Below are positions 1-10,900 of a stretch of DNA of 64,000 nucleotides, piece by piece (position 1 is the stretch's first letter; every line of letters begins with the position of its first letter). The notes beneath the pieces were generated by a model. It ran no database searches. It was given only the letters and a program-made list of their open reading frames with translations, and was not told the DNA's origin. The stretch is from assembly GCA_965242965.1 (NCBI GenBank), contig OZ251518.1, positions 4,832,001 to 4,896,000 on the forward strand, given 5' to 3'. Source of the DNA: Candidatus Poribacteria bacterium. GTDB taxonomy: Bacteria; Poribacteria; WGA-4E; WGA-3G. The translations under genes and the position numbers were made by a program.

Positions 1-243
1 CACCCGAAACGACGTTTCCGCCGTATATCCGTCCCCTAACTGGTTTTGATAAACGTGCCGGTCCAAGTAGCGGATAACACTGACACTGATCTTCCCGTGG
101 AGGATTGCTGCAGGTGCCATCGGCACGAGTTCTCCTTTTACGTATTCGTATCCTTCAACATCGTTCTGGAGGAATTCCTCCACCGTCATTTTTTCGGGAA
201 CTGGAGGAGGCGGTTGTTGTGGGAAACCTGCTTGTGGATTCAT
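1..243 (-). CDS. Uma2/DUF820 family putative endonuclease, N-terminal part (runs off the window start)
   Basis: Not in the ORF track. Manual translation from ATG at 243: MNPQAGFPQQPPPPVPEKMTVEEFLQNDVEGYEYVKGELVPMAPAAILHGKISVSVIRYL..., matching the Uma2 'MTxEEF...YExxxGEL...H' pattern; AGAGGA RBS upstream. Confidence 0.8.
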   Translation of the reverse strand, partial: MNPQAGFPQQPPPPVPEKMTVEEFLQNDVEGYEYVKGELVPMAPAAILHGKISVSVIRYLDRHVYQNQLGDGYTAETSFRV

Positions 244-261
244 CTGCTTATTCCTCTCTGG

Positions 262-290
262 GTAGGCGCGGGGTTTCAAACCGCGCCTAC
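262..290. repeat. Palindromic GTAG...CTAC REP-like element (family D)
   Basis: GTAGGCGCGGGGTTTCAAACCGCGCCTAC; near-identical copy at ~43463-43489 and a degenerate one at ~62133-62160. Confidence 0.75.
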
Positions 291-300
291 CCAAACAAGA

Positions 301-1095
301 CTACCGGGTATTTTTGATGGCACCCCACGTCACCGCGAGTTTGCCATGGGGCTCAACGGCGAGTCCTGTATCAGACTTGAAGTTCTGATTGACTTCCGCT
401 TCGTCCAGCACCCTGTCATAGATGCTGAATTCGTCAATGATGCCTTCAAACACGCCGAATTCGCCATCGGCTCTGCCGTCTATCCCGATGAAGACGTGAT
501 TTTCAAAGTCTTCCTCAGGGAATAGCGCGAGATCCAGCACCGCCTCCGTGGTGGCTTTGCCATCGACGAAGAATTGGACTTTGCTGTCCGCCGGCATCCC
601 CGCAACAGCGATATAGTGCCATTTATTGTCGTCAATGGTGTTCCCGCCGTCTTCGGCATTGCCTACCCAGCCGGTGTCAAGGTTAAGGATACCATTGCGC
701 ACCCACAAGGTTTTCGGGCCCTTGTCATCAGTCCCAGGTCCGCCGGTTTTGGAGAAAATTACGCCGGGACCGGAACTCCCGGTTTTTATCCAAGCCGCCC
801 ACGTAAAATCGGCGTTGAAATCGAAGGTTTCTGGATTCTCGATTTCAATGAAATTGGCATCGTTTGCATCAAATTCAAGGGCATCGCCGATTTTCCCCGC
901 GACCTTTTTCAAATTACCGTTGATGGTGCCGGCGCGATTGCCGGTGCCATCTTTCACGGTTTTGTCCTGAATGTTGTGAGCATCAAAACTCCAATAGCCG
1001 ATGAGTCCATCCTCGACGAGCTGCGCGGGGAGGTTTGATGCGAGTGTTAAACTGATGGTGACCAGCACCAGCATACATAGAGCACTTTTAAGCAT
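301..1095 (-). CDS. Secreted LamG/concanavalin A-like domain protein
   Basis: Signal peptide; 'GYWSFD...GKIGDALEFD...WHYIAV...FEGIIDEFSIYDRVL' LamG_3 pattern; C-terminal AVEPHGKLAVTWGAIK motif. Confidence 0.9.
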   Translation of the reverse strand: MLKSALCMLVLVTISLTLASNLPAQLVEDGLIGYWSFDAHNIQDKTVKDGTGNRAGTINGNLKKVAGKIGDALEFDANDANFIEIENPETFDFNADFTWAAWIKTGSSGPGVIFSKTGGPGTDDKGPKTLWVRNGILNLDTGWVGNAEDGGNTIDDNKWHYIAVAGMPADSKVQFFVDGKATTEAVLDLALFPEEDFENHVFIGIDGRADGEFGVFEGIIDEFSIYDRVLDEAEVNQNFKSDTGLAVEPHGKLAVTWGAIKNTR

Positions 1096-1159
1096 AATAA
1101 ATCTCCTTTGATGGTAGTGTTGATACGAAACATATTTTCGTAGGTGCTACAAAAAAACG

Positions 1160-1730
1160 CTACCCCTCACCGTAGCGCGAGGGCCTGTCCCTCGCGATCG
1201 CAGCATGGCGGGGGACAGGCCCCCGCCCTACGAAAAAAACGCTCCCCCTCACCGTAGCGCGAGGGCCTGTCCCTCGCGATCGTGTTGAGACGAAACATAT
1301 TTCTATTGGCTTCACCGTAGCGCGAGGGCCTACCCTTCGCGATCGCAGCATGGCGGGGGACAGGCCCCCGCCCTACGATAAAAAAACGCTCCCCCTCACC
1401 GTAGCGCGAGGGCCCTCGGATGCCACACGCGCATCCGAGCGGGTTCCCCTCGCCAACGTTCGCGCGCCAAGCTCTGTAGGTCAGGATCGCCTGATCCTGA
1501 CCCGTTTGTGATCAGGCGATCACAAACTACAGCGGGGCAAACACACATCGTGACGCTGGAGATCGCGGGGGACAGGCCCCCGCGCTACGATAAAAAACGC
1601 TCCCCCCTCACCGTAGGGCGAGGGCCTGTCCCTCGCCATGCGTTTGGTTGGCAGACCGCCTCACACCTGTAGGTCAGGATCGCCTGATCCTGACCCGTTC
1701 GGGAGCGGGTGCTCCCGAACTACAGAGGCC
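1160..1730. repeat. Cluster of GTAG-headed REP-like palindromes (families A and B, nested variant)
   Basis: Multiple GTAGCGCGAGGGCCTGTCCCTCGCG and GTAGGTCAGGATCGCCTGATCCTGACC units in both orientations. Confidence 0.9.
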
Positions 1731-1800
1731 GAAACACACATCGTGTCGACACGAAACATATTTTCATAGGCGCGCTTGCAAAGCACACCTATCGCTTCGC

Positions 1801-1968
1801 CTAGCCTTTCACAATTGTCCTGAGAATCAGAAACGCGCCGCCAACGATAATAACGAAAAACGCTGCACCGATGACGAGCGAGAGAAGCACCATCACGACT
1901 TCAAAGACGATCAGGCAGATAAAAAAGAGAATGATAATGCAGAGAATCGCAAGTAAAATTATTCCCAT
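1801..1968 (-). CDS. Small hydrophobic membrane protein (55 aa)
   Basis: Not in the ORF track. ATG 1968 to TAG 1801: MGIILLAILCIIILFFICLIVFEVVMVLLSLVIGAAFFVIIVGGAFLILRTIVKG; AGAAGGGA RBS; starts 31 bp after the upstream gene. Confidence 0.7.
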   Translation of the reverse strand: MGIILLAILCIIILFFICLIVFEVVMVLLSLVIGAAFFVIIVGGAFLILRTIVKG

Positions 1969-1999
1969 TTCGAGAATCCCCTTCTGGTGGGCGCGTGTC

Positions 2000-2755
2000 T
2001 CAATAACGCGTCTTGAGTTCGCCCCAAACCGCCGGCAACTTACCTGCCGGCTGGACTGGCAGGATTACCTCTGGGTCGCAGTCGTCCGGCGTATCGCAAA
2101 TCGCCCAGTTGTCAAAAGAAACGACGGTGAGCGCGGGCGCGCCTCTGCTTGAGCCGCCGTTCAACCCAACTTGCCCACTCTCGGGCCTGACATTCCCGAA
2201 GTCCAGTTTGCTTTCCAGCAGCCACGCTTTGGGCTCAGGTTTCCCTTCTTCCCAGATTTTACCGGCGAATCCCTTGTCCGAAATCTCGGCTTTCATCCAA
2301 TACCACTCGCCGGTTTTTATCGAACCGAAAGGCGGTTCGGTGTCATTCTGCTTCCATGCGAGATGGTCATTTAGGAATTCCATGTTGTTGAGAAAATGGT
2401 GAATGAGGAATGCGTATCCGGAAGCGTCGCCCGGGTCAAGCCGAAAGCCGAGCCCGCAGCGCGCCAGGTCTCCATCACCCCAATCATCAACACGAATCAT
2501 GACGAGGCCGGTGTGCGGTTCTTCAAAACCACCGTTAAGCACGAGGTAAGTGTGGTCTCCTGGGGACTCATCGGTCTGGGTGATAACGCCCCCCTTTTCT
2601 ACCCAGTCGCCTTCGTGATTTTTGAATTCATACTTCGCGTCGATTTTCCCATCCTCAAAATCGTCGAGGTATAACACCTCGGCGTGAGTGCTGACACTCC
2701 AAGCGAAAAGGGTGAGGCACGCTAGCATGATAGCCGAAATTTTTATCGTAATCAT
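2000..2755 (-). CDS. Secreted hypothetical protein, probable beta-sandwich/ConA-like fold
   Basis: Signal peptide, 'LYLDDFEDG' start, 'VSFDNWAI' end, C-terminal PVQPAGKLPAVWGELK motif; GGAGGTG RBS. Confidence 0.85.
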   Translation of the reverse strand: MITIKISAIMLACLTLFAWSVSTHAEVLYLDDFEDGKIDAKYEFKNHEGDWVEKGGVITQTDESPGDHTYLVLNGGFEEPHTGLVMIRVDDWGDGDLARCGLGFRLDPGDASGYAFLIHHFLNNMEFLNDHLAWKQNDTEPPFGSIKTGEWYWMKAEISDKGFAGKIWEEGKPEPKAWLLESKLDFGNVRPESGQVGLNGGSSRGAPALTVVSFDNWAICDTPDDCDPEVILPVQPAGKLPAVWGELKTRY

Positions 2756-2919
2756 TAGTATTCACCTCCTATAGTTATCTCCCGTAGGAGAGACCTCCTG
2801 GTCTCGATGCCCTCTGGTAGGAGATCCCTCCCGGTCTCGATGCCCTTTGGTAGGAGATCCCTCCTGGTCTCGATGCAATAGAATCCGCCTCCCGAAGGAC
2901 GGTTCGCATCAGTCTACCT

Positions 2920-3399
2920 GAGGGTGTTTCATAAGTCCGTTATGGATGCCTCTTCAGGTCCTTTAGGTCCTTAATGTCTATAGAAAAACAGACATGCCAC
3001 TATTTTCAAGGTCCTTTAGGTCCTTAATCAAGCGGCAGCCAAGCGAGTCAAAGCACATTAAGGTCCTACAGACCTTAGAGTGCGCTGCGGTGCAGGATGC
3101 TATAGACATTAAGGTCTTCCAGACCTGAGGCATGGCGAGGGGGTTTCCCCCGCGATCTCTCCACCGCTGCGGAAAACGCCTGCAGCCCCGAGACCCCGGA
3201 TGTTTGCGGCTCAGACCGGGGCATGGCGAGGGACAGGCCCTCGCCCTACGGTGAAAGCGGCAATCAAGCATGGCGAGGGACAGGCCCTCGCCCTACGTGA
3301 AGAGGCGGCGTTTTTTCACCGCAGCGCGGGGCCCTCGGATGCCACACGCACATCCGAGCGGGTTTCACCGCGACGTTGAGCGATTTATGAAACCCTCTC
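2920..3399. mobile_element. MITE-like shell with REP cargo
   Basis: Left GAGGGTGTTTCATAA, right TTATGAAACCCTCTC (13/15 inverted match); interior AGGTCC-type and GTAG-type palindromes; no ORF. Confidence 0.55.
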
Positions 3400-3406
3400 A
3401 GTCTAC

Positions 3407-4246
3407 CTATTGCGCGCTTTTGAGTTTGCCCCAGGTCGTCGCCATTTTTCCGGCGGCATCGACATCCAATGCCCCTTCAATGCCCTCGCCGAGTTTTTGG
3501 ACATCATCATCGGAGAGTGCCACGTTGAAGACGACGACTTCGTCGATGATACCTTCCCATTGGCACCGCATGCCGCAGCCCGGGTCTGCACCGATGTAGA
3601 CTGCTTCGGGTGATGCCCACGGCGGTTCTTTGGCATCTTCGCTGTTTTGGAGTTTGCCGTTCACGTAAACGTGAAGTTGCGCGCCGTCCCAGACTCCGAC
3701 GAGATGCACCCACTCCTTCGCGGAGACTTCATCGCCGAGGACTTCTAGTTTTGCACCGTTGTTGCCGGCGCGGATGTGAAACGCGGCATTCGTGGTATTT
3801 TCGCCGTTCTCATGGGCACCCGTGCCGAGCAAAAACTGGGACCAGGTTGAACATCCGAGTCCTTTCCAGATGACGCACTTGCCCGTCGGGTCTGCCGCTG
3901 CGTAGACCCAGGCGTGGATAGAGAACCCTTCGGCTTCCTTGAAGTCCAGCGCGGCGAGCGTCTTCTCTTCGCCTTTAATGCCGAGTTTAACCCACGTATC
4001 TTGTCCGTTAAACTCTAAGCCGCCACCGAATTTGCCCTTGGCCCACTGCAGATCACCGACGAATTCGCCATCGGTTCCGTTTCCGGAGAGGTCTGTGACA
4101 GTTTTGCCTTTTCCTTCCTCAAACGTCCACATCCCGGCGATAGTTTTTTCGTCTAGGTTGGCACGACTCACCGTTGCTACCGCCAAACAGAGGGTGATGA
4201 CAGCGATGGCGGCGAGCACGCGATTCATATCGGTTTTGAAAAACAT
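3407..4246 (-). CDS. Secreted LamG-like domain protein
   Basis: Signal peptide; 'WTFEEGKG...GKFGGGLEFNG...WVHLVGVWDG...IIDEVVVFNVALS'; C-terminal DVDAAGKMATTWGKLK. Confidence 0.9.
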   Translation of the reverse strand: MFFKTDMNRVLAAIAVITLCLAVATVSRANLDEKTIAGMWTFEEGKGKTVTDLSGNGTDGEFVGDLQWAKGKFGGGLEFNGQDTWVKLGIKGEEKTLAALDFKEAEGFSIHAWVYAAADPTGKCVIWKGLGCSTWSQFLLGTGAHENGENTTNAAFHIRAGNNGAKLEVLGDEVSAKEWVHLVGVWDGAQLHVYVNGKLQNSEDAKEPPWASPEAVYIGADPGCGMRCQWEGIIDEVVVFNVALSDDDVQKLGEGIEGALDVDAAGKMATTWGKLKSAQ

Positions 4247-4321
4247 GCTTTCTCCTCTCGTGTATTGCGCGGGGAAGCGCGCGGTTGAAGCCGCGCCGCC
4301 CGCGTGCGTTTCAGGACGCTC

Positions 4322-5077
4322 TTATTTTTTCAGACTTCCCCATGTGACAGCGAGTTTCTGTTTCGCGTCTACGGCGAGGGTTGCCTCAAAACCATCGTTC
4401 ATCACAGTCTGGACATCGTCAGCATCCAAGACGGTGTTGAAGATAATGAACTCGTCGATGAGCCCTTCCCATTGCCGCTGGTTATCCCATGCGCCAATAA
4501 AAGCCGAGTCAAGGATACCGGGGTTCCCACCCCAGTCGTTTTCGACATCAAGTTCGCCGTTAATGAAAAAGCGGATTTTCTTTTCCTTCGCGCTGTAAGC
4601 GGTGGCAATATGCACCCATTCGTCCATCTGATCGCCGGCTAACTTATAGAGCGCGAACGTATCGTTTCCGCCGGGGTTACCGTTAATGGAGAACTCAACC
4701 CTTGTGTCAGGGTGAAGTTGATAGTGGATGTCGCCTGCCTTCCAGCCAGCGTTGTTGAAAAAGACGCGCCAGTCCGCTTCTCTCCCCGTGGATTTCACCC
4801 AGTGTGCGAAGGTGATTTCCTCAAATTCGCCAAGTGCCTGAGGGATGGTAACCCACTCATCTTTGCCGTTGAGTTCGATTGCTTGGCCGATTTTGCCATC
4901 AACAAATTTTCCACCTTCCAGTTCGCCGTCAAATCCGTTGCCGGAAATGTCGTCGGCATTGCCGTCAAAAACCCACGCTGCGGCAATCATATCCGCCGTG
5001 ATTTCGGCGAAACTGGGCATGCTGAAAGCCGCCATGAGCAGTAAACCGAGGGTTATGATGATAACTTTTGATTTCAA
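4322..5077 (-). CDS. Secreted LamG-like domain protein
   Basis: TTG start with GGAGG RBS; LamG motifs 'WVFDGNA...GKIGQAIELNG...WVHIATAY...LIDEFIIFN'; C-terminal AVDAKQKLAVTWGSLKK. Confidence 0.9.
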   Translation of the reverse strand: MKSKVIIITLGLLLMAAFSMPSFAEITADMIAAAWVFDGNADDISGNGFDGELEGGKFVDGKIGQAIELNGKDEWVTIPQALGEFEEITFAHWVKSTGREADWRVFFNNAGWKAGDIHYQLHPDTRVEFSINGNPGGNDTFALYKLAGDQMDEWVHIATAYSAKEKKIRFFINGELDVENDWGGNPGILDSAFIGAWDNQRQWEGLIDEFIIFNTVLDADDVQTVMNDGFEATLAVDAKQKLAVTWGSLKK

Positions 5078-5174
5078 CGATTTAGCCTCCTGTTAGTCCA
5101 ATTCAAGTTTGAGAAAATTATAGCATAAAACGTGACAAAATTCAAACAAAAAAGTGTCATATTTCCGGCAGGCA

Positions 5175-5741
5175 CGGTAGGATAGCCCTCTAGTCTCGAT
5201 TTTCCCGTAGCGCGGGGCCTGTCCCCCGCGATCGTTGGAGTGCGCGAGCGATGGCGAGGGACAGGCCCTCGCCCTACGATGAAGGGACGTTTTTTTCCGT
5301 AGCGCGGGGGCCTGTCCCCCGCGATGGCTCAAGAACCGTTTTTTTTCGTAGCGCGGGGGCCTGTCCCCCGCGATCGTTGGATTGTACTGGAACGATGGCG
5401 AGGGACAGGCCCTCGCCCTACGATGAGGGGTGGCGTTTTTTTTCGTAGCGCGGGGGCCTGTCCCCCGCGATCGCTATTGTCAAGATGCATCTTAGGTCCT
5501 TTAGGACCTACATGTCTATAGCAGCCCGTGTCGTTACATTTTCAAGGTCCTTTAGGTCCTTAATAAAAGACGCGCGGTGCGTCAAAACACATTAAGGTCC
5601 TACAGACCTTAGCGTTCTTTGCAGCCTGACGGGCTATAGACATTCAGGTCCTACGGACCTAAGAACCGCTTTTTCCCGTAGCGCGGGGGCCTGTCCCCCG
5701 CGATCGTTGGATTGCATCGAGACCAGGAGGTCTCTCCTACC
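5175..5741. repeat. REP-like cluster (GTAG families A and C plus AGGTCC/CTATAG module)
   Basis: Repeated GTAGCGCGGGGGCCTGTCCCCCGCG; AGGTCCTTTAGGACCT / AGGTCCTACAGACCT units at ~5494-5660. Confidence 0.85.
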
Positions 5742-7103
5742 TTAAAACGAACTGTCGCGCGTCGTTAAGGGACACCAGCGCGTCGTTACTAGGTAACGAA
5801 GCAACACCGATTTCGCCTCTGATGTGCCGATGCGGTGGAGCGCGTGCACTGCATCACCGCGGACATAACGGTTCGCGTCGAAAAGCACGTTTTGCAAACC
5901 CTCAACCGCCTCAGCTGCATGTTCCCCGATGCGCGCAAGTGCGAAGACCGCGTTGCGCCGCACGCCATCACGATTATCCGACAAGGCATCGATTAACTGC
6001 GGCACCGCCACCGAACCCCGTTGGCTCGTCGTGCCTAACGCCTCTATCGCGTGTGCCCTCACAGAAGTGGAGTCATCGGCGAGGATATCTACCAACGCTG
6101 GCGCGGCGGACTCCGCCTTCGTTCCCAAATCGCCGAGTGCCTCCGCCGCGTTGTCTCGGACATGCTCACGCGTGTCCGTTAACGCATCGCGCAACGCATT
6201 GACTGCCGGTGTCCCAACAGCATTGAGTGCGTAACAGGCGTTGCGGCGCATCGGTTCTGAGCCGTGGTGCAGGCATCCTATCAACGCGGGCAGTGCCTCC
6301 TCGCCAAAGTGGTTTCCGAGCGCGTAGGCGGCTTGCAACCCAGCCGATTCAGAATCGCTGTCCAACGCCGCAATTAACGTTGAAAGAGAATCAGAAGCCC
6401 GCGGGTGTGAATGCCCGTTCTCCTCACCGAGATGCCACTGCCAGAGATGCTGAAACATCTCCCCATGTTCTGCAGGAACGTTCGTCCATTCTGTCTCCTG
6501 ATTCGCCCACGTGGGCTCCTGCGGTTCGGACATCCGGGCATAGAGAAATTTCATCATATACCGCTTTTTGTCGCTCCGATTCGGCATCGCACGGTGCCAC
6601 AAATCGTAGTTAGCGAACGCCACCGTCCCCGCTTTCCCACAGATGGGCTGTTCAGGCGAGATATGCGCGCCTTCGCGCGTGCTATAATAGTGGCTCATCG
6701 GCACAACACCTGTCGGACCGAGGGCGACCGGCGTATCCTGCGGATAATAGAAGACGAGCAACCTGCGCGTATGGTGGGACCACCGCTTGCCGCCATCTTG
6801 ATGCATCCCCTGTCCCTTGCTACCGGGCGGATTGTAGTGCGGATGCCGATGCGGCTGCATGTAATAATCGGGCCCGAGCAAACTCGTCAGCGCGCCTTTG
6901 ACGTTCGCATCGTCTAGCACCTGCTGAATCTCTGGTAACCGCGGCACAAGATTGTTGCCGGGATTTCCCTCTCTATCGAAAACCGCGACTGTTTTTTCAT
7001 AGAGGGCATCGTGAAATTCCGCCGGCAGTGCAGTTGTGACGGTGACGTAGCCGTTCACAATGAATTCCTGCATCTGCGCGTCTGTTAAAAGGGGTTCTGC
7101 CAT
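5742..7103 (-). CDS. PhyH-family Fe(II)/2OG dioxygenase fused to HEAT/PBS-lyase repeats
   Basis: 'FIVNGY', HQD motif, 'GPTGVVPMSH', 'WHRA' distal His; C-terminal 'VRxxAxxALG' repeats. Confidence 0.9.
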   Translation of the reverse strand: MAEPLLTDAQMQEFIVNGYVTVTTALPAEFHDALYEKTVAVFDREGNPGNNLVPRLPEIQQVLDDANVKGALTSLLGPDYYMQPHRHPHYNPPGSKGQGMHQDGGKRWSHHTRRLLVFYYPQDTPVALGPTGVVPMSHYYSTREGAHISPEQPICGKAGTVAFANYDLWHRAMPNRSDKKRYMMKFLYARMSEPQEPTWANQETEWTNVPAEHGEMFQHLWQWHLGEENGHSHPRASDSLSTLIAALDSDSESAGLQAAYALGNHFGEEALPALIGCLHHGSEPMRRNACYALNAVGTPAVNALRDALTDTREHVRDNAAEALGDLGTKAESAAPALVDILADDSTSVRAHAIEALGTTSQRGSVAVPQLIDALSDNRDGVRRNAVFALARIGEHAAEAVEGLQNVLFDANRYVRGDAVHALHRIGTSEAKSVLLRYLVTTRWCPLTTRDSSF

Positions 7104-7209
7104 TTTTCATATCCTCCACGGAAATAATTCTCAGTTGCGACTATTATCGCATAATATCGCACAATTTGCAAGTTGTGCATCCCGGGCTTGATGCAAGCGC
7201 ATCGGGCCC

Positions 7210-7900
7210 ACCTCTGTAGGTCAGGATCGCCTGATCCTGACCCGTTTGTGATCAGGCGATCGCAAACTACAGATGTGGGGCGAATCGTTCGCGTGATCGG
7301 ACGATCGCGGGGGACAGGCCCCCGCGCTACGGTATCCAGAACGCTATCCCTTTACCGTAGGGCGAGGGCCTGTCCCTCGCCATCGTTCCGCGCGCCAGAC
7401 CCCCTCTTCTCTTCTCTGTAGTTCAAGAGCGCCTGCTCTTGAACCGTTCGGGAGCGCCTGCTCCCGAACTACAGAGGTGCGCGAATCGTCCGCGCGATCG
7501 AACGATCGCGGGGGACAGGCCCCCGCGCTACGGTTAAAAAAACGCTCTCGCGTTAACGAAAAAACGCCCGCGCGTTGCCGAACAAAAAACGCTCACATTA
7601 CCGTAGGGCGAGGGCCTGTCCCTCGCCATGCTGCGATCGCCAGACCCCCTCCCCTCTGTAGGTCAAGAGCACCTGCTCTTGACCCGTTCGGGAGCAGGCG
7701 CTCCCGAACTACAGAATGGGAACATCGAGACCGGGAGGTCTCTCCTACCAACAACGATCGCGAGGGACAGGCCCTCGCGCTACGGTGAAAATGACGTGTC
7801 TCCTTCTGTAGGTCAAGAGCGCCTGCTCTTGACCCGTTCGGGAGCAGGCGCTCCCGAACTACAGAATGGGAACATCGAGACCAGGAGGTCTCTCCTACAG
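7210..7900. repeat. REP-like cluster (families A, B, C)
   Basis: Inverted B pairs CTGTAG...CTACAG repeated four times, with A and C units. Confidence 0.9.
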
Positions 7901-7903
7901 CAC

Positions 7904-7950
7904 AAAAAAAAGCGCGGGTGGCAAAAAACCCATAGGGCCGCCACCCGCGC
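7904..7950 (-). terminator. Intrinsic terminator after the giant surface protein gene
   Basis: Minus strand GCGCGGGTGGC...GCCACCCGCGC stem followed by T8, about 25 nt after the stop. Confidence 0.75.
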
Positions 7951-7974
7951 ATAAACATATAACCAAACGGAAAT

Positions 7975-10900
7975 TTAATCCCGCAGCTTAACTGCACCGA
8001 ACGTCGTTAACATCCGATTGGAAGCCGAAACCGGACCCGGCAAAAACCGCGTCACTAACGGCACAGGCCCGCCGTCAAACGAAACTTCCTCGATCTGATA
8101 GAAATACTCGACACCCGGCTTTGCCGACGTATCTGTAAAGGTATACGCCTGACGTTCGCCTGTAGTGCCAGCACCGGCGATCAGCGCAGGATTCAATAAC
8201 TTAAATCCACTATCGCGCTTCTCACTCCGACGCAGGTTAAAGCCAGCGTTGTCGACCTCGGACTCTGTTGTCCAAGTCAACACAACCGAACCTGACTCCT
8301 CGCGCTTCACCGAGAAACTCGATAACTCAACGGGCAGCGGACCGCCGGCGCGATATCCCGGGGTGCCGATGTCCTCAGCATGTCCCCAGTGGAGCTCCTT
8401 GTTAGCCACGAAACGCTTGACGTTCGATGCCAACACCCAACCCCCGCGCGCCATGCCATCTTCCGCAACCGACGTGCCTTTCGTATAACGACGGATTAAC
8501 GAACTCCGAACGCCATCTTCCGGACTCACCGGTAATGCCCACGACGGCGCATCATCGGTGCGACGATTCCCATCCGTATTGCCGACCTCGTCTATCTTCG
8601 TCCCATTCCGATCCGAGAGCTTCAGATAGAAACCGACAGCACTCAGGAACGTATCCTGCGGCTTCTTGATACGCAGATTCTTATCGTGCAGCTTGAAGAG
8701 GTTGTAAACCCGATCCGCCGGTAACCGCGCCGACGATGACGCACGCGCATCACCCGATACAATCAGCAACGTCTGATTCGGCTGAATGATTTTCTCACCC
8801 AACGTCAACGTCACAATCGGTCTGCCGACGAGATCCTCCGATTTCACATTCTGGAGCTCCAATCTCCACCGATTCAGATTGATTGCCTCGGTTTTGGATT
8901 TGTTATACAACTCCACCCACTGCGGCAGTTTGCCACCACCCGAATCAAACATGACCTCGCTGATGGTGATACTCCCCTGCGGCGTGGATGCCTCCGTTTT
9001 CAACGCACCATTCGGATAGCCCGGCGTGCCAGCAGTCGCCGCGGACTTCGAGACAGCTCTGTCATAGCCGATACCCGTAAACGCCGCCTCCGCCCAAGCA
9101 TCCTTGTGGTAACCCACAATATCCGCTTTGGCGCGCTGCCAGACTTTGCCGGAACCAAGCGCATCTTCCGTATCGCCACCCGGTGCCTCACGCACTTGCA
9201 AGGGCCAGACATGCGTATCATAGTTCCCCGTCTGATCACGAATAAACGCATCCGTGCCACTGCCACCGCCACCGGCGACATCCACGAACGCCTCATTCAT
9301 GCCGAGTTTCTCCTTCGATTTCCGAAGAATCAACAGGAACTTCCCATCATCCGGCAACGAAAGCCCGGAATTGGCGTAATACAGATGCGATGAACCCTTG
9401 CTCTCCACCGCCGAGGTAGCGGCGTTATCACCACCGGCGAGAAGATTGCCATCTGCCGTCGGATCGCTGTTGGTTATTAGCAACAAACCATTCGCCGGGA
9501 CACTGACATCCGTAAACACGATCAGCGACGTATCCTTCTTCTCACCATTCTGCACGACGCTGAGCTCCCAGTCTTTCAAAGAGACTGCCGAACCCGTAAC
9601 ATTGCGGAACTCCAACCAGTCGTTGGAATCACCACTGCCATTGCCGAGCTCGTTGAAAACGACCGGCGAACGCGGCACACCCGAAGCATCCGCTTTTGTT
9701 TCCTCTTCTTCTGTCGGCGGCAAATACACGATACCTTGAATCTGAACGCTACGTTTTAGCGCAGTTGGCCGCGCGAACGCAGTCGTCAAGGAGACGCGCT
9801 TATTATCACCGACTGTAATCTGCGGAGAACCCGCAGCCGGCTGAGACGGCGCAGCAGTGGAAGCAGGAGGTGCCTCACCCGCCGCACGAGCCGGCGGATC
9901 ACTCCCTACAATACGGACAGACTCACTCACAAAGGTGGTGCCCTTCGGAATCGCAACACCCTCTTCGGATTTTAACGATACCTCCGAAGCAAAGTCAACC
10001 GCACCGACTTCATACTCAAACGTCACTCTCGTCGAATTCACGTCTTCCTCACGCGCCCACACGGCATGCCGCTCATTCGCCGGAACACGCTCGCCCAAGT
10101 AAATCGTAATATACGGCTTCGCTGTCCCCTCGTAAGTCACACCATCTTCCTCGAAGACAATCGAGAATTCCAAGGAATTGTTAGCACTGCCGAAGACAAC
10201 CGGCTCCGTTTCCGGCACACTCTCACCCGGACGATTCACCGGCACGGTGAGAGACAGCGTGGAACCTGCCGAAGCAACCGGGTTGCCCGGGATCGCCGCA
10301 TCTGTCAAACCTGCCGGATCTAGCGTTAAGGTGACATCACCACTCGCGCCCGCGGCTACGGTGACAGGCAGCGTCCACGTCTCCGATTCATAAGCCGTCG
10401 GCTCACCCGGACGCGTTGCGGTGCCGATAGTGACACCCGCGACATCCTCTTCTACGGAAATTTTGCTAGGCAGTGCGGCGGCACTCGCTTCACTCAACGG
10501 GCCGCTAAAGGTAATTTCCACGTTGAAATCACCGGTTACTGTCCCCGCCCCACCGGCACGGCGCATTTGCACCGTTCGCGGTGTCTGAGCAATAGGTGCC
10601 TCCAATCGCTGAGGCGGATGCAGAGGCTGATACGCCAAATTACCGTCCGCCTCGCGTAAGAAGTGTTGAAAGCTCAGACTTCTAATAGCGTAGGGCTCCG
10701 CGTCCCCAGGATTCTTAAGAGTTGCCCCTGGCCTGACTCCCCCGTGCTCTACTTGTTGAATCCCAGCCTCGCGCAACTTGTCTCTCGATTTTGAACCAGG
10801 CACCCAAACAAAGGACTGCTGTGGGAAGATATTGTTATCTACAGGCCGCCAGTGAAGCATTGCGCTTGAATCCTCGTCATAAGGAAGTCTTACGACACCC

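Noticed and set aside
46-1038. Plus-strand ORFs opposite the LamG and Uma2 genes (similarly 13966-14433, 14738-15367, 15630-16262 and 42573-43229)
   Set aside because: Antisense shadow frames of well-supported genes in GC-rich DNA.
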